In this document: positions 36,159 to 47,600 of the stretch, in pieces
How positions within the stretch are numbered: position 1 is the stretch's first letter
How the letters are laid out: each line of letters starts with the position of its first letter
Assembly: GCA_037447605.1 (NCBI GenBank)
Contig: CM074813.1
Span: forward strand, 620,001 to 684,000
Direction: 5' to 3'
Length of the DNA stretch: 64,000 bases
DNA from: Zygnema circumcarinatum SAG 698-1b
Lineage: Eukaryota > Plantae > Zygnematophyceae
Notes under the pieces: generated by a model
Database searches by the model: none
Seen by the model: the letters and a program-made list of their open reading frames with translations, nothing else
Told to the model about the DNA's origin: nothing
Position numbers and translations under genes: made by a program

Positions 36159-36758
36159 GGCTTTCCAGGGGGTTAGGGTTTAGGGTTTTAGGGCTTTAGG
36201 GTTTAGGGGTTTAGGGTTTAAGGGTTTATGGGTTAAGGGTTTTAGGGGTTTAGGGTTCAAGGATTGGTTGAAAGGCATGTCGTGGGAATGGCTCGGCGAC
36301 GACTAATTGGATTATTTTTTCGTAACGGGAAAAACAGCAGTTGGATGTAATTTTATTCGTGGTTTCAGGCAGAGCAGGGTTCTGTGAATAAAGGGGGTTT
36401 TAGGGTTTATGATTTTTAGGGATTCAGTAAATCCTGCAACCAAACTTTCTTTGTTGTTGCAAGGTTGAGCTCAACCCTAGAATCAAAAAAAAAAAATCCT
36501 ATTTTTCTGGTGCGCCGAATTATTTTCTCCTATCTAGTTCAGGAATGAGTAGTGAACGTATTTGGCGTGCTCAATTCTTTTGTTGTGCACTTACTTTTGA
36601 GTAGTGAAACATGCAACGGAGAGAGATACGAGGGAGAGAGCGGGAGAGTGTGGGAGAGAAAAATTTGTTATTTTTACACATACAATGTACACTTTTCACA
36701 AGGAGAAAAACGTCGGAGAAAACAAGAAGAAAAAACTGTACACCTCAACCCTAAAACC

Positions 36759-39391
36759 CTAAACCATTACTTCTTGTCTCTCCCGATACAACCACTGCTC
36801 TCGAAGAATTTTCGCGACCGTTCCCACCCTCTCTACTCTCACCCTCTTCAGCCGTTTGCCCCAAGGATCGATTTGTTTCAAGTCATTTGGAGAGGCCAGA
36901 TACCCAAAAACAACCAACTTCTTAAGATCCTCTTTAGGGGACACATGTGAGTGGGACAGTTCAGCGTTACGCTGTGAACTTTTCTCCTGCATAGAACCGT
37001 GGGAAGGGTACAGGGAAATGTAGTCTCTGAAGCCCTCTCTCCCGCAGTCAAAGGAGTTAAGGAAGTTGTGAAATTCTCTGGCAAATGAGAGCCCTTCGAG
37101 CGAAGACTCAAACAAAACTGCAGCGATTCCCATGCAGCCGTTTTTGTTGTACAGAATTTGGACTTTCTCGCTCGGAAAGCCGCCATCTGCATCACATGTA
37201 AGTCATCTTTCAGTTTCCGTTTTGTTCAACTGAACTGACTGATACAATACATTGACTGGCAAGACAGCAACTCTATCTCTCCCCCTCTCTTTCTCTCCCT
37301 CTCTCACTCCCTTTCTCGCACTCTCTCCCTCTCTCCCTCCCTCCCTCCCTCTCCCTCTCCTCTGCTCCCCCACTCCCCCTTTGCCCACCCTCCCCCTTCT
37401 CCGCCTTACCCTCCGTCTCCCCCCTCTTCCCCTCGCTCCCTCTCCCCCGCTCGCCCTGCCCCCCTCTTCCTCCCCCTCCCCCTCCCTCTTCCTCTCTATG
37501 TCCCTCCCTCGCGCCCTCTCGCTCACTTCCTCTTCTCCTCCCACCCGTGTTTGTCTATATGCCCGCCTCTTGGCCCGCCCCTGCCCCCGCCCCTCTCCCC
37601 CCTCTCCCTCCTTCCTTACCTCCCTCCTTCCCTCCCTCCCACTCCCTACTCTCCCAACCTCTCCCTTGCTCTCTCTATCCCTCCGACTCCCTTCCTCCCT
37701 CCCTCTCCCTCACTTCCTTCTTCCCTCCATCCCTCCCCCGTCCCTCCCCCACTTCCTCCCTCCCGCCCTTCTCTTCTTTTCTCTCTCACACTCTCCCACT
37801 CATTCTCTCTCTCTCTTCGCGCTCTCTCTCGCTCTCACCATACAATCGATTATGTCAAGCACATAGATTTTGACAAACCTCGGAGCATATCCCGCAATGG
37901 TCCAGAGCGCAGCGTGCACCCTTTCGCTGCCGGTCCCTGTTCCGGTTTCCGTAGAACAACTACCGGAGGCCAAACCATGCATGCCTCTCCATCCACTCTC
38001 TCCACTTGAGGCATTTGCTCCAAAACTCGTGAAGCAGATGTTACAATAGAATTTTCTTCCTCTTCATGAGCAGCTCTCTCCTCTCTCTCTCTCTCGTCAC
38101 AGGCTTTCCGCGCTCTCGACTTCTCACTACTAGTACTAGTCAATCTCTCACCCTCCTCACTATCACCTTCCCTCACTATCTCTCCCTCTCCCAGACACTG
38201 TGCCTCTAAGGTCTCTCCTTCCCTGCTATCGCACGCCCTCGCTATCTCTCTCTCCTCACCATCCTCTCTATCCCATTCCCACTCATCCCATTCCTCCCAG
38301 ACATCATCCATAACTTCCGCCTCCTTCTCCTCCTCTTGAATCAACATACGCTCTCCCTCCACCCTCTGCCCCTCTCCAACCCTCTCACGCTTTCTCCTCT
38401 CCTCTCCCTCAATGCCCCTTCCCCCCAACCCAGCCTCTCCCACCCTTTCGCCCTTCTCCTCTCCCTCACAACCCCTCTCCTCCACACCCTCTCCCACCCT
38501 TCCTCTCTCACCCCCTCCCTCTCCCTCACCGCTCCTCCCCTCCCCCTTACCACTCCCCTCCTTAGTAGGCTCCTCGCCCCCTTCCGTACACTCCTCATTT
38601 TCTGCAGTTCTAGTGGACGTAATTCCTGTGCTGTTTGGTGCAAGGTAGCGGTGCAGCAGCGGCGAGTCTCCAAACCCTAAAATTTGAAGCAGGGCGAGGG
38701 CGAGCCCCTTATGCTCCGCGCGGCGGCGAGTTTTTGAAGTATTGAACGCGTGATCTAAGAGAGATCTTGCGCTTTTGAAAGGCTTCGATCGGGCCGGGCC
38801 ACGGCCGGGCTTCCTGCACTGCCTCAAGAAATAAACAATTAAAAAAAAAAAAAATCACTCTGTAAGAGCAGGAACAAGCCAGGAGGTGTGAGAGGCATGA
38901 GTGAGCACGGAACCAGTTTCATGCAAAATTTGGCAAACTAATGCTGGATTATCAATCAAAATAATAAAATCAAAATTCAAAACAGAGTCATTATGCATCT
39001 AATTTAAAGATACATAATAAGGAGGGGTCTGGAGGGTCCTTCCTTGTTCACCTTTTGACATTTTTGCAAACCAGGCACGAGACCTGCCCTCCTTCCATGT
39101 GCGCCTCCCTCAGTTTTCCGTTCTGTTCGAACAGTTCCTTGTACCGTCTGAATGCAGCGGCTCTCCGTTCGTTGACCTCATCTTCACCATCACCATCATC
39201 ATCTTCAACTTCTACATCATCATCCTCACCATCATCGTCATCATCGACCGAGCTCACATCCCTCCCATCCTGCACCACTGATCTCGCCAAATGCTGAAAA
39301 TTGATTGACGACTGCTTGAAATTACTTTCAGTATTTTCATATTCCTCCATTTGTGACTTTAAGATCCTCTCCTCCGGGTTCCTTCTCGCGG
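36759..39391 (-). CDS. XS-domain (SGS3/IDN2-type RRM-like fold) protein with an upstream Cys/His zinc-finger-like region; 5' exon(s) not located
   Basis: MVWPPVVVLR followed by ILYNKNGCMGIAAVLFESSLEGLSFAREFHNFL...GR...LVVFGYLASPNDL matches the XS pattern WPP(V/M)V...G(H)xGxxxVxF...G...A......GR...LYGYLA. Upstream, SCLVC...SLLDHA...EHKGLALALLQILGF is zinc-finger-like. An acceptor at 39392 implies an earlier exon. Confidence 0.75.
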
Positions 39392-39599
39392 CTGAAATAT
39401 TGCAAACTGAGGGGTTTAGGGTTTAGGGTTTAGGGTTTAGGGTTTAGGGTTTAGGGTTTAGGGTTCAGTATTTCTGCAAAACCTACAAAACCTACCCGAT
39501 GACTAAACTGACTACTCTGACCAGAAACTGGAGCCCTTTACAATTACTACTGAGTACTGACTATGGTATGGCAACCAGGAGCAGAAGTGTAGTCATATT

Positions 39600-41330
39600 A
39601 GTCACAATGATTGACTGAATTCTAGCTGGCTTGACTAGACGCGCACTACAAATCCCCCAGGGCACCTTCAAATCCCCATCGGCCAATCAGCGGCCGCGAT
39701 TAGATCCCCTCGGAGTCCCGTGGCCGCGGCCCGCCCGACCGTACGATCTGCTGACTGGACGGGTGGTGAATTGTCGTATGTGTCAGCTGTCGCCACAGCA
39801 GCGACGACGTCGGCGCCGGCAGCATCCGCCACGTTCGTACACGTCTTTGGAAGTTTCTCATCGTACGAAACTGTGGTCACCGTTCGTACGGTGGAATAAT
39901 GTACGGCACTCCTGTCGTTTTTACCGACAAACCTATTTCATGGCCGTCACACGTGCGATCGCCGTCACGTGTCGGCCCGCCGGCCCTCGCCGCCGCGGCG
40001 GTGCCGGCGGTGGGTCCGGGCGGCCGGGGCCGGCCTCTTCTGGGGGTAAGCTTCGAGGCACCGCTACACGACAAATCGGTCAGACTGTCGCATCGAGATA
40101 TATAGGTCCTTTCGATATGTATTCTGATACGATATTAAACAATATGAGAGATATTTTTGCTCTCTCCCGACTTTACTCCCGTTTGGGCGGGATCTATGTA
40201 ATGTTCCGTCCTGTTACAGTGCGAAGTAACGGGACTTTGACAGCGCTGTGAACTATATGATCATGGATCAGGTCAGTCCGGCGTTGGTCCCGTCAAGTCC
40301 TGCAGTTGGTGCCGGGCCGTACGGCCAGAACCATCCAATTCCAGCCGCCACGTGGCGCGAAACTAGTGACCGGCGCAATCATTATGGGCGCTGTCCCTTT
40401 CCACAGGCGGAATGAAAGTTCTTGGCTGTTCTGCCGCCCGGAGGGCCGCTGCGGCCAACGGGACTCCGGCGCGTGTGGACGGGCGCCCTACGCCAGGAGC
40501 TGCATGGGCGCCACGTGTCCACTCCCTTGACCTCCAAACAGTGCCGGCCGGCCTTGCCAGCGTGCCGCCGCGGCTTCATCCGTACCGAGCCATACGTACG
40601 GAATCTGCCGTTCACACGTGCGGAGGCCTTCTGTCCGGACTCATCTCAGCCAATGGACGCTGCCTCGCACACGTGCGGTAGCCCTCAACCGCCTCTGCAC
40701 TCGCCACGTGGCGGCGCCTTGGACGGCACCATGATGACGCTCTGTACGCCCAGCCTTGCTGCGCCGAACTCGCAACTGGCATTAAATCTTCGGCCGACAC
40801 AATCTCCCCAGATTCTCTCCAGATCCCCTCCTCGTCCGTACGCCCCATTCTCATTGGCTCCCCGTCCCCTCCTCGTCCGTAGGTTCCATTTTTCCTGCGC
40901 TCTGATTGGCTTCCACAACCCCCGCGTCCGTATGCCCCATTTTTCCCCTCGCCCTGATTGGCTCCCCACATTCCGCGCCCAGTGGCCCAGTGGCCCGCCC
41001 AGGTTGCCCCACAGGCGCCGCCTCGGCCCGCCTCGCTGGCGGCCTCGGCCCTGCGCGGCCAATCGCCGGCCGGCGCGGCGCTGGCCGGCATGACTGACGT
41101 GGCGCCGCGAGGACCGTCGGTCACCGGCCGCGCCTGCGGCCACCCAATCTTACGGTGGGAAAGTCTGCCACGTGGCATAATCGGACGGCCGGTGGCGGCG
41201 GCAGGCGGCGGGGCGGCGTAGGACGGCGGGCCAGCGGCCGGGCGGCAAGCCGGCAGAGCGCGCCGGCCGGCTGGCGGCCGCCTGGCCGGCGTGCGGCCGG
41301 CGCGGAGGGAGGGCCTATAAAGCGTTCAGG
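39600..41330. promoter_or_regulatory. GC-rich divergent intergenic region (XS gene/ERF gene) with G-boxes, GCC boxes, CGTAC clusters, CCAAT and a TATA box
   Basis: TATAAA at 41316; GGCGGC x4 at 41194-41217; AGCCGCCACGTGG at about 40344; CACGTGGC at about 40704 and 41170; GTAC x5 at 39741-39904. Confidence 0.55.
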
Positions 41331-41722
41331 GCCGACAGGAAGTTCGTTTTCTTGGAAGGCGATTGTGGGGGAGAGATTTTGAGGGGTTTGGTCAATTTCT
41401 GGGGGTCAAACCGAAGGGTTTTGGAACCGACAAAAAGTTGGTCAGTCTTGGTCAGAATCTTGGTGGTATTTGGGCGATACATTGCAGGGTTTGGGAGGGG
41501 TTTTGAACGGCGAAGAAGCTTGGCTTTGCTCTACATTGGAGGCCTTTGGAAGGGGTTTTGGTCGATATTTGCAGCGGTTTCGAGGGGTATTGTTCGACAT
41601 TTGACTGTTTTTAGGGGATTTTGGACGATATTTAGGGTTTTGAGAGGATTGGACAGGTCCTGCAAAGACTTTGCAAGGGTTTTGGAACGAAATTTTCATT
41701 CTGACCAGGGTTCAGGACAGCC

Positions 41723-42790
41723 ATGGGCCTGCAGCTCCTGGACGTGGCGCAGTTCCGAGCCCTCATTGCCTCTCTCCCAACCTCCAAAACCTCCTCCCCC
41801 CTCCCCTGCATCCCCGCCCTCCCTGCCCCCCCTGAACCAACCCCCTTCTCCCCCACATTAAACCCTCCCTCCAAAAGCCTAAAAAGAGAGGGAGAGGGAG
41901 ACGCCATCAGCGCCACTCTCAGCCCTAAAAGGGCCCGCAAAGCCGACCCTGTTCCCGAGCCTCTCCCCGAGCCTGAACAGAAGTGCTCCCCGAGCTTCGG
42001 ATGCGTCTGTGCCGGCTCGGGCGCCTGCCACCTGGCGCGCAGCGGGCTCTGCTTCAGCCAGACCCAGGCGGTGTCCGCGTGGCGCCTGTGGGGGGGCGCC
42101 AAGGAGGAGGCCAAAAGGTATAAGGGCGTGCGGATGCGGTCCCCGGGCCGGTGGACGGCGGAGCTCAAGGACGTGCGCAGAGGGATCCGGCTATGGCTGG
42201 GCACGCACTGCTCCCCGGAGAAGGCGGCGCAGGCGTACGACAATGCGGCCAGGAAGCTGTACGGAGTGGCGGCAAGGACCAATTTCGGAAAGGCGATGGA
42301 GGGCGAAGTGAGGAGGGAGGTATATGTGCAGGTGGGGCCGGCGGGGCGGACGGTGGGAGAAGGGGGGGGGGCGTGGGGGGTTCTGGCGGCTTCTTCTCCG
42401 AAGGGGGAGAATGGGTCCAACGAGACGAGGTGCTCGTCGGGGGTTTCGTCGGAGGCGAGAATGGCGGTGATGGCGGAGTTGTGTTCGGGGGCGGAGTCGA
42501 GGGAGGAGAGGGAGGCGGTGGGGGAGAGGAGGGAGGAGGAGAGACAAGTGGGGTGGGGGAGGGAGGAGGAGAGGCAAGTGGGGTGGGGGAGGGAGGAGGA
42601 GAGGCAAGTGGGGTGGGGGAGAGAGGAGGAGAAGCAAATGGTGTGGGGGAGGGAGAGGGAGAGGGAGAGGGAAGGAGAGGGGGAGGGAGAAGAGGAGAGA
42701 GAGGGAGAAGGGGGGAAGGAGGCCTATGGGGAAGGTGAGGAAATCGGAGATGCGTGGCAGGAGAAGCGAACGATGCTGATTTTCTTGTAG
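41723..42790 (+). CDS. Intronless AP2/ERF-domain transcription factor
   Basis: 355-aa ORF containing YKGVRMRSPGRWTAELKDVRRGIRLWLGTHCSPEKAAQAYDNAARKLYGVAARTNF (YRG element, WLG and RAYD-like helix). The C-terminus carries 30-bp EEERQVGWGR repeats. Confidence 0.93.
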   Translation: MGLQLLDVAQFRALIASLPTSKTSSPLPCIPALPAPPEPTPFSPTLNPPSKSLKREGEGDAISATLSPKRARKADPVPEPLPEPEQKCSPSFGCVCAGSGACHLARSGLCFSQTQAVSAWRLWGGAKEEAKRYKGVRMRSPGRWTAELKDVRRGIRLWLGTHCSPEKAAQAYDNAARKLYGVAARTNFGKAMEGEVRREVYVQVGPAGRTVGEGGGAWGVLAASSPKGENGSNETRCSSGVSSEARMAVMAELCSGAESREEREAVGERREEERQVGWGREEERQVGWGREEERQVGWGREEEKQMVWGREREREREGEGEGEEEREGEGGKEAYGEGEEIGDAWQEKRTMLIFL

Positions 42791-44610
42791 AGAGAGAGGG
42801 AGGGGAGAGAGGGTGATGATGAGATGAGGCGGCGACGCAGGCGAAGAAAGGCGACGGCGATTATAATGAAACACCAAATGATGCAGAGGGATTTGTGCAG
42901 AGCCAGGAGTTATCGGATACACTTTATCATTAAATGGGAGATTATTGGATGCCCTGCCGCTGAGTAGGCGCACTCTCTTTTACTGCGTTGTTTCCGGTCG
43001 ACTGTTGAGGATTTTATTTCAGATCTGGATGAGGGGAAGCAGAGAGAGTGAGAGAGAGAGAGGGAGGGAGAGAGAGAAAGTGGCAGGGAGGAGAGAGATA
43101 GTGGAGTCTGTACATTAGCAAACGGTGGGATTTTGGGAGCATCCCGCAGGCACGCCTGTCACAAGTCGTGACGGCGCATGTGTGCATGCAGGGCTTGTCA
43201 AGCATTTGTAAGCATTCACCCATAAAACCTTAGGACGCACTAGTGATGTGTTTCCAACGAGGAAATGAGTCGAGCAGTCAGGAAGAAGAGGATAAGTAGA
43301 AGTGGAGAGATGGGGGAGGCGGTAGTTGGGATCATGCTTTGATGTACACTTGCAGGTAGCTTCAGTTCTTTGGCACCCTCCCCCAGGTCGGTCTATTCTT
43401 CCTTAGTGCAAGTTAATTTTTAGGTCTGGGAATAAGCTCTACATTGTGGCAATGATCTGAAACCTAAACGGAAACGGCACCAGTGTTAAGCGTTAGGTAG
43501 AAATGTAAAGTTTGACTCAATGCGTAGGATTAGAGCTCGTTTAAGTCCTCTCTGTACTTTCTGCATTTTTCTGCAATGAAAGGCGAGCAGACCTTGTACA
43601 CTCTGGAGGCTGGAGTCCCTTCGAGGTTACCTTGAAATGCGTGGGCCAATACCAAGTTGCAACGTTTGCGATGTGTCTGATGTGGCGCGCTGTGATTGGA
43701 TGATGGGTCAATGTGCGCCCTGACTTGACGTATTCATGGGACTTGTTTTGGAAGCTTTTCGAAATTGGCATTTGCAGGTCAGCGAATGAGTAGGTGTGCT
43801 TAATGCAGTTCGAAACACATTTACATTTCCAAATTCTATTTATACTTTTTGTGTTTGTTAATGTGCTGTGCGTCAGGCCGTGTCCTGAATGAAGAAATTT
43901 AAACATCGAATACTTTTATGATTGGGGAAAAAAAAAAAAAAAAATGCTTAGTAGTCTCATCTATGAACTGATGAAGTTTCTCGCACTGAACCCTGTTTCG
44001 GAAAATTTGGCATGTTTAGGAATTTCTCTGTTGCAGAGTCCGGTCCATTCTTTCGTGTACTGAACTGGACCGCTTCAGTATAGAAGTGCATCTATTTAGG
44101 GTTGCAGGAAAGTTCGCTTGCTACAAATCAAGTCCCAAATCACACCGTAAAGACATCATCAGATGTTTTCTCCTGGTGTTCGTAAGTTAGAAGTTTGCCT
44201 GAAAATGGTTTTTTCGAAAAAAGTGAATGCGTCGCCCTGGCTTCTCTCAATCCAAACAATCCAATAGTCAGTTCACACTACGCCTTACACAAGAAATAAT
44301 CCTAAAAAACCTACTCATATGGGCCCTCGACGCCCCACTCCCTCCCTCCCTCACTCCCTCTCCTCGCTCTCTCCGTCCCTCCATCCCTCCACCCACCCCT
44401 CCCTCTTCCATTCCCCTCCCCTTCCCCTCCCCTTCCCCTCCCCTTCCCCTCCCCTTCCCCCTCCCTCCCTCACTACCTCCCGCACCTCTATATTTCGGAA
44501 TTGAATTCCTCTTCTAGCAGAAGAATTTGCAGTCACTTCGTATGGAAATTTCTGGGTTTTCGAATTTTAGGGTTTACTTCGGGTCTGCAGGATATAAGCA
44601 TTGTTTAAAG

Positions 44611-47600
44611 TTAAAGTGAAGAAGTGGAGGACTCCGGCAGCAATGGAGCAGTTTGGAGTTCGGAATTTCCGGCCGGCCGGGTCGTCTCCGGGGCAGCGCA
44701 GAATGCGGAAGAGGAGGAGAGCTGCTCAGGAGCGGAAATCGAAGCACCTGCAATTAGACATACGAATCAAACCCTAAATAATAGTTATAATTACAAAACC
44801 CCTAACATATGAATAGAGAAGCCCTGAATTATCGTTACAAAAAAACCCTTACTTCACATCAAGAACCCTTTCCCCTTGTAAACTCTCCCTGACTTCCACG
44901 ACTCATGGCTGGTTTTAGGAAGTTCGGGTTTGAAAACAGGATTTCTGGGATTTTTAGGACTTGTAGGGTTTTAGGGTTTTAGGATATCCTTAAAAGCAGA
45001 ACCTGCTTCAGGTCCTGCCGAGAGGAAGAAAGAGAGGGAGAAGGAGGAGAGAGAGGAGAGAGTGGAGAGAGAGGGAGAGGAGAGGAGGGAGAGAGAGGGA
45101 GAGGAAAGAGAGAGAGAGGAGAGAGGAAAGAGGCGAGAAAAAAGAAAAAAGAGAAAAAAGAAAGAAAAAAAGAAAAGAAAAGAAAGAAAGAGAGAGGAAC
45201 GAGGAGGACGGAGGAGAGAGGGAGAGGGAGAGGGAGAGAGAACCTGAGGCCCAAAGAAGCGCTGCCGGGATGAGAATGGCAGTGAAGACGCCCATGCTGA
45301 TCCGCCAATTATTCACCCAATCCTGTGCTCATAGAGGATGGGATGGGGTCAATAAACCGAGGGGTTAGAGGAGCCGCACACCTCCAACTTTCTCCTCTCT
45401 CGCTCTCCCTCTCTCGCGCCCTCTCCCTCTCTCTCTCCCACTCTCCCTCTCACTCTCTCTCTCTCTCAATTTCTCTGCTCCCGCACTCATCAGTTCACCG
45501 CATGTGCTCATTGAGGTCTCCATTAAGCTTCTCAACTTATCGGAGTCTGCAGGGCTCACTTAATCCATTATTTGATTATTTAGTCTTCCCTTCCCTTTTT
45601 GCACGGATGGCAAAGCTTTGGAAAACTAAGGTCGCAGGGATACTACTGCAGTCAGAGTTGAAGGTATTTAAGGGTTTCAGTGTTGGAGGGTTGTACGGAT
45701 GTTAAGGATTGAGAAAGTTGTGTTTCTCGGTTTAGGGTTGTTGGAATTTAGGGTTTCGGATTTTGGGGTTTAGGGTTTAAGATTTACTTGAATGGCCCCC
45801 AGAACGGGAGGGGAAGGCACGTCGCCGAGGAGGTGAACTGTGACGGTGGAGAGAGCGATGGCGAGAGGGCGGAGGGCGGTGGGAACGGACTGCAAAGTCA
45901 CAATGTTGGCCGGGCCCTGCAGGGAGAGAGAGGAGCTGTGAGAGGGGGAGAGGGAGGAAAGAAGTGGTAGGAGAGGGTAAAGAGCGTGGGTATGGGAGAC
46001 GAGGGGGATGAGAGGGAGGGAAGGGGGAAGGGGGAAGAGAGAGTGAGGTGCGAGTGGAAGAGAGAGAGAAGGGGCGAGAGGACGGGAGAACGAGAGAAAG
46101 AAAAAAGGAGGGAGGGGAGGTTGGGGAGGGAGGCATGGGAGGCAGGGGAGGGAGGAAAGGGAAGAGCGAGAGAGGGAGCGGAGGGAGGGGGTGGGGGGAG
46201 AGAGGGAGGGAAGTGGGGGCCGAGGGAGAGCAGGGAGAAGAGGGAGGGGAGGAAGAGGGTGGGGAGGAAGGAGGGATGAAGGGGGTGTAGGAGGGAAGGG
46301 AGGGGGGGGGAAGGGGAGGGAGGGGAAGGGGAGGGAGGGGAGGGGAGGGAAGGGGAGGGGAGGAAGGAGGGATGAAGGGGGTGTAGGAGGGAAGGAGGGG
46401 GGGAAGGGGAGGAGGGGAAGGGGAGGGAGGGAGGGGAGGGAAGGAGGGGGGAGGAAGGAGGGGTAGGGAAGAGAAGGGAGGGGGGGGAGGCGGGCCTGCC
46501 TGGATAGCGAAGACGAGGAACTCCCCCGCGGCGAGCAGAGGGATGAAGGAGGCGGTGGAGGGCGCCAAGAAGGCCGCCGCGTTGAAGACCGCGCCGCCCA
46601 GCGTGACCGCTCCCATCAGCTGGGAGGGAGGGAGGGAGGGAGGGAGGGTGGGAGGGAGGGAGGGAGGGAGGGAGAGAGGGAGGGAGGGAGGGAGGGAGGA
46701 GGGTGCGGAGGGGGAGGGGGAGAACGAGGGCGCGCGCACGTAATAGTGAAGGGGAGTGAGAGAGAGAGAGAGAGAGAGACGATCAGGGCCATTCTGCTCT
46801 ATGTCCAATACCTCGAAAAGCCTTCGAAACCAAACATTTCAAACCCAGAAAACTTCACATTTCACTTCACATTGCCAACCCCAATCTTCTGGCACTTTAA
46901 GAAAATATATTTTCAACCCCAGAAAGACTTATCACTCTGAACCCAAAACCCAAATGCCTTTCAGGTGTTGTTTATTCATGCTTACTTTGAATGCATGTTC
47001 CACGTCTCCTCCCATCCAGTCGAGCACAAATCCACCGAAAACAGTACCCCCAATGCCCGATAGAACGGTAACTCCCCCAAAAACAATGTCTGCATTCTCC
47101 ATATTGAAAAGAAGCTTTGCCGCTTTTGGGCCCCAAAAAGCGTACGCTCCAATCACAAATGTGTATGCAGAATAGCCTGCAAGCGAGGACAATGGAAAAT
47201 GGAAAAAAAAATTTGGAAGAAATTTGGGTCCAGAAGTGAAAATCCGGAAACCCTAGATTGCGTTGAAATTTCTAGGTGGAATCTGAGGGTCCATTAGGGA
47301 AGGTTTTTTTAAAGATTTTTTAGGGTCAATAGGAATTGTTTCAGGGTTACTGTACGGGTATTGAAACGCTTAAGAAAATTGAAATTTCGACACCATAATG
47401 AAGCTCTGAAAAATGTTGTCTTTGAAACCCTAAAAAGCGGAAAGGTCCTTGACCTTCGTGGTACAAAAAAGTCAAATTTCCAAAAACGTTAAAAGCCTTA
47501 ACTAAACTGGCCAGGGAAAGGGAAATTTCAGAAAATATAAAGGTATAGCTCCTAAACCCTAAGAGTTCAAATAAAAAAATGGGAAGATTATTTACCAGCT

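Noticed and set aside
39631-41220. Several 60-220 aa ORFs in the GC-rich XS/ERF intergenic region
   Set aside because: They overlap on both strands as expected for high-GC DNA and show no recognisable motif; a short first exon of the XS gene may still hide here.
43000-43950. Possible retro-element 3' end (non-repetitive DNA ending in A17 at 43928-43944)
   Set aside because: No RT or endonuclease-like ORF and no target duplication were seen, and long A/T runs are common throughout this window.
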